Assembly (NCBI GenBank): GCA_963920595.1
Contig: OY986948.1
Span: 248,001 to 312,000 of the forward strand
Direction of reading: 5' to 3'
Length of the DNA: 64,000 nt
Origin: Eimeria praecox
Lineage: Eukaryota
Shown: positions 54,001 to 64,000 of the stretch, one piece after another
Numbering within the stretch: position 1 is the stretch's first letter
Layout of the letters: every line of letters starts with the position of its first letter
The notes under the pieces: model-generated
What the model was told of the DNA's origin: nothing
Databases searched by the model: none
What the model saw: only the letters and a program-made list of their open reading frames with translations
Program-made: the position numbers and the translations under genes

Positions 54001-54502
54001 ACTCGAGTACAAAGGAACTGCTTGCGAGGAGCCACCTGAATCCCTAAGCATACCCTATTTTGGCATGACAGGGTTCGCGTGGAATGGAAAGCTTCGTGTG
54101 GGACGGGTCCAACGCTTAAACTGGTGACAATAGTAAGTTGGACATTCGTGCATTGAGGGCGCACATATGTGCGCCGACGGTAATCCGCCATCATCGACAC
54201 GATGTCTAGTGCTGCATGCAGCTTGCGGATGCCCTTCACGGCTCCTGCATTTAGGGGCGCGGACAGCGAGCATTACGCGCATGCTGATATTATGGTGGTT
54301 TGTTTAGGTATATTTGCGGGCTGTGACAAGAGCACGAGTCTAAATGATTTCCTAGTTACTTCATCGTTTTTATCCTTCACCACTGTGGTTCTTTTGGCGG
54401 AACTGTTGAGACAGAGAAGACCTGCATTGCAGCACATTCCTCCTATGTACCACATGCTGATTTAGCAATAAGCTTGGCCAAGCATATTCTGGCACACTCT
54501 GC

Positions 54503-54571
54503 TACCGGCACAGCAGATTGCTGGATGTTGCTTGTTACCCAAGCAACATCCAGCAATCTGCTGTGCCGGTA
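54503..54571. repeat. Perfect 32-bp-arm inverted repeat, 5-nt loop
   Basis: taccggcacagcagattgctggatgttgcttg-ttacc-caagcaacatccagcaatctgctgtgccggta. Confidence 0.97.
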
Positions 54572-55292
54572 AGTATACAAGAGTGTTGGATGGCTTTTGA
54601 GAACGCTGAAGCTGGCCATGGGCTTGGAGTTATTGAATTGCCGCTTTCACAATATACTCAGGTTGCTGCAGTGCAAAGCGTGAAATGGCGTCTCTTTTGT
54701 TCTGTCTGTCATTTGCCATTTCTCAGTACCGGCAGACACTTGCATCATTCTAATGTTGAAACGTGGGAACCTGCGCTGTTTCCTCCTCCCATTTCCAGTA
54801 CACACGAAGACGAGCGAAGCTGCGGAAGCTTGGTGACCCTACAGGGAGTACGCGGCTTGGGTACAAGTCATTTCCTGGAAGAACTAGCAGGTTGCGCGGT
54901 GGTATGTGGAAGCTGATCTCATGCATCATGCATAACCACATGATACGCCGTGGGCATCAGTTGGAGTGCTCTGACAGATGTGATTCTCGGCTGCCCACAG
55001 GTTGCAGAATGCTGTATTAAGAGCGCAGGTCCAAAGAACTGTGAGCTTACCTGTGTCGTATCTTTTCCTTCGAAGTATGCTGCGTTCTGCAAAAATAAAG
55101 AACAAGCCTCTTTATTGCCATCAGGTTGCTCGGCTGGTGCAGTCGGTATCCGTGCGGTCAACAGGCTCTCCTGGCGCGTACAACGGACTTGTGTGCCTAG
55201 GCGTGTTTTGAGGTTTAACTTCCCTACTGCGGTTCTTTTTCAGATGGATTTTGGAGACCGAGAATGCTCCTCAAGGAATGTCTTAACGATGT

Positions 55293-58200
55293 GTGATTTC
55301 GATACTGCTTCTTCGTCATTATTGCTGAAAATCATGCACACGAGCCATACCCCGGTATCCCACACGAAGTCCTTTCGTGAGCGGCGCAGTCTTCGTGAAG
55401 CGCATCTGCGTTGGTACAATCGTCGTGCGCTTGTTCGTAGGTACAGTGCAATGCGTACGCGACTCTGAGTGCTCTTCTCCCAAGAGGTTCGGCTTACACA
55501 GACACTTGTTTCCAATGAATGCATGCAGTTAGGCGGCAAGCACAGCTGAACCCACGCGCTGTGTGGTTTGGGGATAGCAAGCAAGCGCATCATTAAAGAA
55601 GATTTTCTCTCATTTACGGCCTACAATGAAGCAACCTGGCAATTCAGAAAGATACTTTGACTGTCAGCTAGTGCGTCAGGCATGCCACTGAAGCCAAGCA
55701 AAGGAATAATCAAGATCTTTATGGCGTTCCATGCCGCTATACTTGTAGCACTAGCCTTGCCGGGTAGTGGGCTGTACGGGTTTGCTAGTAGTAGGGAAGT
55801 CTTCCATGGCGGCCTTAAAACCGCAGTGTTGTTTGCCGCTGTGCAGACACTCTGTGGCTTATTCGGCAGCGCTTCACGCATTCTTTGTTTGCCTGGTCAT
55901 GTCGGTGTTTCATTACTGATCTGTAGGCTTGACGCATATCTTGTAAGCTGTGGGTAGAGCTGGCGCCACTGAGATTGACCTGGACGGTGGTGTTATGCTT
56001 TATTATGGTGCGTTTGGTGGATCCCGCATGCAAGTCATTAACTAGTCTTTTGTATGGATCATTTGCTTTTGTGTCATGAGCCTCACTGGTACTTAAGGCG
56101 GTGCGAAAAAAGCACGATTCTGAAACGGTGAAGCGACACAAATTTCATGTTGTACTAGCAGGATTGAATTTGGACCTTGACTGGCTGAAGCATCGTTTTT
56201 CTGACGCTGGAGAACAAATAGGCTGGGGCAAATCATGACGCATAAGGTGCATGGCACACGGTATTTCTGGATTACCCTCTGCTTGAATCACGCTTCGAGC
56301 GGGGTGCACGCCTTGCCAGTCGTATCCTTGGCTCTTTGGGAAGTACTGTTACTCCACTTGCACGAATTAGGGAGCATCACCCATACTGAAGGGCTTGACC
56401 TCATCCGCTTTAGCAGCTGCTACAGCCAATATTCAAGGAAGTGGCACTGTCGTGTTCTTGGCCTTCACCTATTCCGCAGTGTTGCTTTCCTTTTTTGGCT
56501 TGCGAACAAGGCGCAGTGAGTTTCTTAGATATTTTGTCTCTCCAGGATGTATGCCTTAGGTCATAGAGGAGCCGCAGTAGGGGTCGGAAAGTTTGGAGAA
56601 AGATTCATTGCAAATGTGCCTGTTGTAGGATATGCAGAGCGACTGCTAGGGAGTCCATTGGTAGGACTGGCTGGCCTTGAGGAGCGTGCCAGGGATAACG
56701 GTCTGTTGTCGCCTTGTGGCATGTGCGTGATGCAGTGCCTTGTGGGTCTTAGCTGTGGAGTGAATAGCCACGCAGCACGTTTCATGCAGGTAAAGCTGAG
56801 CGGGCACGTGCAGGGTCAAATTCTAGCCGCAAGTTGCTTTGCAAAGGAGTGCGCTCACCTTTATCTTTTTGATGCCTAGTTTTTCCTCAGGTTAATCGGG
56901 AGCTGTTAGCGTCCAACGACAGGAAGTACGATAGAGGACTGTTGCTAGCCTCACAAATAGATAAACTCATTCATGGGGATCATGGGGCGGCAGTGGAGCT
57001 TAACTGTGCCGCCGGACAGGTTTTTACAACGATTTTAATGCAGGCGTTTACAGAGCGTTGCTGCACTATTTCGGGCATTTCATGGAACAAACAGTTCGGG
57101 TTATTCTGAGTGAATTTGAGCATTAGTGTTTATAATTCGTTTTGCTGAGCGTTGGCTGAACTGCGCATGGAGGGTCCAGTCAAAGGTCGCTAGAGCACTG
57201 CTTGACTCCTTGGTTTTGTTTTTCTAAGCACGCTAAACACGAGCACGGATAAAATATCTCAAGGAAATTTGGTACACGATAATTGCCCTAAGATTCATGC
57301 AACGTGGCTCGGGAGAAGAGGAACTATCGCGCCGTCTGGAAGTATCTGCCAGGCCCGCGAGAGTCCAGTGCCCTGTATCAGAGAATTCGACGGTTTAAAG
57401 TATGGACGGCAACCTTATGCAGGCAGTGCGTCAACTATGCAGCAGATGGTTCGTGAATGGGCCTTGTACGTCGACTGTAGACACGATGCTCAGGCATGGG
57501 GAAGAGTTGTGTTTAGGGCTGGTGCGTGCCACAGTTTATTCAACATTGTTTGCCTGCACTGTTTATTTTAGATGCCGGCAATTCGTATATTAGAGGCGTC
57601 CGGTCTAGCTAAGCAGGTCTCTCTGTGCTCTTTTCGGGAGCAGTCTGAGGACTGTTTTGTGGTGGCCCTGTTTCTTCACTGATGCCCGCAGTCGCGAGGG
57701 TTGTGCACAGCAGAATTTGCGGCGTTCTTAAGTACTGAGAATTGCGTAGTGAGCTTGCGTTGTCTGTACATGCACGGAAACGCAGGGGTGAAACGCCGTT
57801 GCAAAAGGCAGTTTTAAGCAATTGCTTGCTATCCTTTTTTTTGTCCAACTGGCCTCAACGCAACCCAATCTCTGACGAAAAGCAGACTCCCACTTGCGGC
57901 AACAGCATCGCGGAACGCCCTCTCTATTACTAGCACTAACGCCTAGAACGGTATGCTTTCAGGAGCTTAGCTCGTGCTTGTGCAGCCACTTTAGTTACTT
58001 CTCAGATGGATATTTGAACGTCGGCCGCGATACTACAGAATGTTAAATATACAGAATGTTCAACGTCTTCGAGTAAGACTGCTACGAATGCTGCCTGCGG
58101 ACTGCTTCAGTATTGTGTGATTTCGAGACTGCTTCTTCGTCATTATTGCTGAAAATCATGCACGCGAGCCATACCCCGGTATCCCAGACAACGTCCTTTC

Positions 58201-59511
58201 GCGAGCGGCGCAGTCTTCGTGAAGCGCATCTGCGTTGGTGCAATCGTCGTGCGCGTGTTCGTAGGTACAGTGCAGTGCGTAGGCGACTCTGAGTGCTCTT
58301 CTCCCAAGAGGTTCGGCTTACACAGACACTTGTTTCCAATGAATGCATGCAGTTAGTTGTGCTTGCCGCGTAAGCCCACGTGCTTTGGTTTGGGGATAAC
58401 AAGCAAGCTCCTCATTAAAGAAGATTTTCTCCCATTTCCGGCCTACAATGAAGCAACCTGGCAATTCAGAAAGATACTTTGACTGTCAGCTAGTGCGTCA
58501 GGCATGCCACTGAAGCCAAGCAAAGGAACGATCAAGATCTTTATGGCGTTCCATACCGCTGTACTTGTAGCACTAGCCTTGCCGGGTAGTGGGCTGTACG
58601 GGTTTGCTAGTAGTAGGGAAGTCTTCCATGGCGGCCTTAAAACCGCAGTGTTGTTTGCCGCTGTGCAGACACTGTATGGTTTATTCGGCAGTGCGTCACG
58701 CACTGCCGAATAAACCATACAGTGTCTACCAACCAACAAACAGTCAAGCAAACATTCTTTGTTTGCCTGGTCATGTCGGTGTTTCATTATTGATCTGTAG
58801 GCTTGACGCATATCTTGTAAGCTGTGGGTAGAGCTGGTGCCGCTGAGATTGACCTGGACGGCGGTATTATGTTTTGTTGTGGTGTGTTTGGTGGATCACA
58901 CCTATGACACATTAACTAGCCTTTTGTATGGATCATTTGCTTACTGGTACGTCAGGCGGTGCGAAGAATGCACGACTCTGAAACGGTGAAGACACACAAA
59001 TTTCACGTTGTACTAGTAGGTTTGAATTTGAACCTTGACTGGCTGGAGCATCGTTTTTCTGACGCTGGAGAACAAATAGGCTGGGGCAAATCATGACAGG
59101 CAAATCATGACACATAAGCTGCATGTCACACGGCATTTCTGGATTTCTGGATTACCCTCCGCTTGAATTTCGCTTCGAGCGGGGTGCACACCTTGTCAGC
59201 CGTACCCGTGGCTCTTTGGGAAGTCCTGTTACTCCACTTGCACGAATTAGCGAGCATCACCCATACTGAAGGGCTTGACCTCATCCGCTTTAGCAGCTGC
59301 GACAGCCAGTATTCAAGGAAGTGAAATTGTCGCTGTCGTAGCCTTCACCTATTACGCAGTGTTGCTTTCCTTTTTTGGCTTGCGAACAAGGCGCAGTGAG
59401 TTTCTTAGATATTTTGCCTCTTCAGGATGTATGCCTTAGGCTATACAGGAGCCGCACTAGGGGTCGGACAGTTTGGAGAAAGATTCATTGCGAGTGTGTC
59501 TGTTGCAGGAT
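55293..59511 (+). repeat. Direct-repeat pair X in U3: 55293..56631 and 58116..59511
   Basis: ORF pairs 55682/58504 and 56547/59427. Roughly 90% identical by eye, with small indels. Confidence 0.95.
58667..58727. repeat. Perfect 30-bp-arm palindrome, 1-nt spacer
   Basis: agacactgtatggtttattcggcagtgcgt-c-acgcactgccgaataaaccatacagtgtct. The right arm is absent from the sister copy at ~55845-55885. Confidence 0.97.
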
Positions 59512-62500
59512 ATAGAGCACCTCGAAGAAACTTTATTGGTGTCAGCCCTGTGTCTGTGGGGATGAAGTATACGATGTTCTGGGGTGTGTACACAGACGTA
59601 AAATGTAAACTGTTGCTAAATATGTTCTGCCGTTCGTTAGTGCTAAAAACGTTTTTTCTGGCTTTGCCATGGGTCGCGCGGTGTCGTCTCTTGGTGACAG
59701 CTATTTTGGATGCTTCGTTCTCTTTCCAAGCAGGTGTAGCGCAGATACTGAGCATAGCGTGAAAGAACAGTTTGCGCTGGCAAGCACGCACAATGTGCAT
59801 TCTCAAAGCCTCAAAGCTAACTCACGAGGATGCTTACTGCGAGTCCCCTTCAGATTTGTCAGCTGAATGTTCAGGTGTCTCTCCCCTGGTGCTCGTTTGT
59901 GCAATTATATAAATAGGGGCCTCAAGAGCAGCATTCGATCTGGCAGTTTGTGAGTTGGTTGGGCCCTATACAGCTACAGTAGGTCGAAGGCTATGCAGAT
60001 GGTACTGGTGGCCTAGAAGATGTTGCATTGCTACTTTCATAGATTCGAAGCTCACACGGTGGTGAAGTCTGTTTAGCACTAGGGGCAAAGTAGGGTCTGT
60101 GGTTTCCACGACCTCGGTGTGTTGTAGAGCCTGCCTCGTTCGACCGCGTTTTGTTCGCAAAGCTGTCGATGCACAAAGGATTGCAAAGGCGTGTTGATTG
60201 CGCAGGCAGTATGTAACATATGCCGTGCGGTGGTAGCGTACACGATACTATAGCTTGTACACGATACTGTGGCTTGTGAAGGCCGGAAGCAATTTTGTAC
60301 TCCAGCGGTGGCAGATCCTTGTTTAGGGTTGCTGCCTGCCTTCAGTGTATGAGCAATGCAAAGAGTATGCACTGATCACAGTCCCTGTTTGCATTCGTTC
60401 GAAGCATCGTCTGCAAATTCGTCAGTCTTGATGATGGGTTTACAGGCAATATAAGCTCACGTTACCCATAGCTGGTGACTCAACGGCAGGATGTTCAAAA
60501 TAGTGTATCCTTTGTGAGTCGTCATTGGACATAACTGCAGTGGCTTTTTCCATGCACTGAACATGGCCTTAATGGTTTTTGCCATATTGAGATGGCTTCA
60601 TTTCGTGAACTCGATTACGCCAGTTTCGCCGTCTTGAGTTTCATTGCTCAGTTACAGAATTTAATGTTGGTTGAGGCCTGAGGCAACCAAAAGCAACGCG
60701 CATGGTGCGCCACCCTCGTGACGCCTCTACGCCATGCCCCCATAACAACCGAATGGCCTTCTGGACGTCAAATGACTGCAGAACGTGAGCCATATGCGTC
60801 GACCGCACCTGAGCAAGGACACTCCCGCAGACTTAACTTTTGAAAAAAAATCCTCCTCAGGGTATGTGCATGCAACTCAATCCACATCCTCGTGTGTTGG
60901 CTCTTTGCGCTTACAGCGTTGGCAGTAGCTGCTGCTGTGTTGCTAAATATGGGTCAGAGCTTAGAGCACACAGCAACTGGTGGTGCGCTGAAAGGTTTCG
61001 CTTGATAGCCTGGTCTTGTCCCTGTGCTGTGCGTCCGAATGCTATACTCGTTGGCAAGCACCTTCATTCAGCTTACTTTCGTCTTACTTCGGATTATTGG
61101 GAATTGGGCAATTTGCCTTCGTCAAATATTAACGTTAACAGGCGCGCGTTGCTGGAAATACAAGCAAGCAACATATATATAGGAAGCACTTACTCGTCGA
61201 ACAGAGCTTCATCCTTATGGGGTATCTGAGATACAGACTGTGCGTGCGGCAAGGACCCTAGCAGGGAAATTGCTCTCTAATAGTGTTAATGCTGATGTAC
61301 ATTGTGCTTGTGTAGGTGTTCAGACAGTGGCACAGCGCTAGCCGGTACAGTCGCGCAACTGCGAAAGACTTTCATGGTGCGGAGCATGACGAATTTCGGA
61401 ATGCTTTCCTACATTTCTGCATGCAGGCATGCTACCTTTGCTAGATCAGTGGGGATATTGTATTTTGCCTTGGGGACTAGGTTGTAAGCTATAGAGGTTA
61501 CATTTATTCACCAGACAAGCCCTGCATTCCTTGTCGATGGCACGCATATAATTGCAACTTTGCCACCAATGTTCCACTTTGGCATGCATACTGTGCTTAA
61601 CCTTTCGACGGTGAACTGGGCAACTGCGCACTTATCTTCAGGAAGCAAGTGTAGTTTTTGGTATTTCTGAGCCTTTGGTTGCATATGGTATTATTGCTGA
61701 GTCATACTGCACGGATTAGCTTGAACTTTGTGGCGCCAGTATATTGCATTCTCAAAATTCGCCTTGCTTCAAATACTCTTTCCTGTATCAGTCTGCAGTG
61801 TAGTTTTCTGCTTGGGCACGGCGTTGTCGGCATCATCCTTTAGGCTTGTATTGCTTCAGGGCAGTTGTGAGCGAAATAGAGGGGTTGCAACGGTCTTCAG
61901 ATAGGTGGCACCGCGCGCATGGTCCTTCTCGGGGGAGGCGTACTTGCCCGTTATCCTTACCACTTCCTCACTTTCGCTGGTCGCGCCAAAAAGGCATATC
62001 ATCCCCGCAGAAAGTAGGCGATTAGCGTCAAGTAGATTGGACGAAGCGCATCCCATATTTCGGTCATAGGCATTGCGTTTAGATCGTCGTCTTGTGCTGC
62101 CATCCCATGTATGCAAGCTGACAGTTGTCTGGCTCCGTCATGCCCTGCTCGCTCGAAGTGAATTGCTGCCTTTCTTATGCTGTGCAGCCAGAAGAGAACT
62201 TCTGTCACCAAAAACTGAATGATTCGCATTCGGTGGCCTCTGTGTCTGTTGACAACTTCGCAGACAACGCGTATGGTTGCATCTGGGTTATTTCCAATGC
62301 GCAGCCTTGCTGCTCGAAGCTGCTGCTTCGTTGCTTCATGCAGTATCATTTTCAAGGCAGAAACTGGATAACATGTTTTTGCCCCGACTGACGGTGGAGG
62401 AATGGTGTCTTGTACATGTATCATATAAATTGTGTACGCTAATGCATATGATGACAAACAGGCTGGCTCTCTCTATGAGCTGGATTGTGCTGCGATGCAA

Positions 62501-64000
62501 TGCTCGATACAACTTAGGAACGTATCCTTCATAGCAGTGCTTGCACTGCTTGTGATGCTTGTCACTTATTTCAGAGGAGTGGATAGGCTTTGTATCGTAT
62601 GCTTCTCTTCATTATTATCTTTTGAGAAGGGCAGTTATCATTCCTGAAGCATTTGCCAGCCGCCGCTGATGCTGCGCTTGCGTGCAATGCGTAGGCAGAA
62701 CCATTTCGCAGCTCAGATTAACGGAACCAGGTTTCATATCAGTCGTATATTTAAGGAAACGCAATTATAAGTCATTAACTGTAGCCTTAGAACGTTTTCA
62801 GTGGTGCTCTGACAGCTCTGCAAAACAGATTCAGCTTCACTGGTCCAGCAAGCAGCTAATGCGAGACGAAGGTTGTGTTGGAAGGTTGTGCGTTACGTAT
62901 GGCCGAAGAAGATGCCCTAAGCAGGCAGTTTCATAAATAGTAATAGCACGGCAGCTGAGCAAACGCCATTTTTCATTTACCTTGACGGCCGGCTATGACC
63001 AGGGTAGGCCAAAGGGTGCACCTGTAGGCGGGTACAAGACGATAAGAGGAGAATAACTGTACCTTGCGGTATCGACAGACTGCGCCTAGCAGTGCGCGTG
63101 TAGAGGGCGTTTTGGTTCGCCCTGTTTAGCTTCTCATATGAGCAGGCATGCACGTTGCGGGCCGAATACAAAGCCATCCAAATTCTACTTGACGCTATTT
63201 GTCCTTGCTTAAGTGAACTATGATGCGTTTTCGTTCCAGATGTTGTCGATCATTCACATCGCGATTCCGGCGTTAGCTATTTTGGGTTTGCGCCATGTAG
63301 TGCTAGCTTGCAGAGCCTAAAGCGCCTTTTACAGAGAGGAGGGTGGAAGACCTTCTTGCTTGCCGAGTTATGCAGTAATAATAACGAATAAAGCATAAGA
63401 TATTTGTTTAAAATAAAGCCCAGCAGTTTGAATATTTAGCTAGCTCGTCGGCCGGCTCTTCAGGAAGTACGCCTGCTGCTTTCCGTTAGCTGTTTACGGG
63501 TTTAAGTGCTTGGACAAGGTTCAGGGGAAACTTGGAGATTAGCGCTGCGGGATGGTGCGGTGTGTTGGGGTTAACGTGCTTGATCGTACACACAGGTGCA
63601 TGCATGTCGTTGCCATCATCCGTGTACAACTCAAGAGAGGAGTGTTTGCCACTGGCATTGAGTCTTTGGTGCGTGACTACAACGAGCCGCGTAGAGTCTA
63701 GGGCAAGCTGTAAGATCATCAAAGGCTTGATAAACGTTTTATAGGTACTGTGGCGTGTATGATGAACACCGAATCAGCCTGCCTTTGTTGAAAGTACACA
63801 CTGCCCTCGGAGGCTCTGTGATGTACACGAGAGGGCACTGCATCTGCCCATCAGGGCTTCTGGTGAGCGGCGACGACACCGTTGCTGGGACGGTCCATCA
63901 CCTAGCCAGGCGTGACAGCGGCTCACTGAATCTCCAGCAAGTGTGTTTCATGATGTACATTACATCCAGCGAAGTGACAGTTTCCACTATTGCGGAAAAT

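Larger units (their letters stand above)
51201..64000 (+). repeat. Macro-unit U3 (most diverged; continues past window end)
   Basis: Examples: tctcagtaccggcagacacttgcatcattct (54721) vs tctcagtgaggccggacacctgcaccgttct (18479); gtgcttggacaaggttcaggggaaacttggagattagcgctgcggga (63506) vs gtgcttggataagggacagtgggaccttggagatcatcgctgcggga (27366). The window ends at the equivalent of about 27.9 kb in U1. Confidence 0.8.

Noticed and set aside
61999..62457. Apparent protein homology between minus-strand ORFs 61999..62457 and 40270..40536 (RIGN...CEVVNR..G..M..I.F), suggesting a coding gene family
   Set aside because: A hand count over 44 aligned codons gave about 12/11/10 substitutions at codon positions 1/2/3, and frameshifts follow, so divergence looks neutral. 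An ancient coding origin before duplication cannot be excluded.

Overview
This is eukaryotic DNA, most likely from a coccidian apicomplexan (Eimeria/Cyclospora-like). That assignment is inferred from the GT-AG intron, short CAG runs, recurrent TGCATGCA and a low-complexity insert-rich protein. The window has four zones. (1) 1-4.1 kb holds two divergent genes: a partial minus-strand ORF with a recessed hydrophobic signal/anchor segment, and a two-exon SET+MYND (SMYD-type) lysine methyltransferase, join(1519..1969,2145..4129), 811 aa. (2) 4.2-12.5 kb has no credible intact gene, but contains two mutually homologous, frameshifted remnants of a Ty3/gypsy chromovirus-like integrase C-terminus (GPY/F region plus chromodomain). 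(3) 12.8-16.4 kb is a 3.6-kb compound (TATATC)/(TATATATC) microsatellite with block and higher-order structure. (4) 16.4 kb to the end is about 47.5 kb of gene-free DNA that looks unique at first sight. It is actually three head-to-tail, colinear copies of an old ~16-18 kb macro-unit (U1 ~16.4-32.95 kb, U2 ~32.95-51.2 kb, U3 ~51.2->64 kb). The units are roughly 60-70% alike by eye, with near-identical converted patches, a direct-repeat pair homogenised within each unit, a nested ~148-bp satellite of variable copy number, and several de novo ~30-bp fold-back insertions. My best hypothesis is a regional centromere or pericentromeric heterochromatin block built from a diverged macrosatellite. This is inference and needs CENH3 ChIP or Hi-C. 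Nearly all short ORFs in the supplied track beyond 4.1 kb are judged spurious. Identity values are by-eye estimates, and boundaries are approximate unless exact sequence is quoted.
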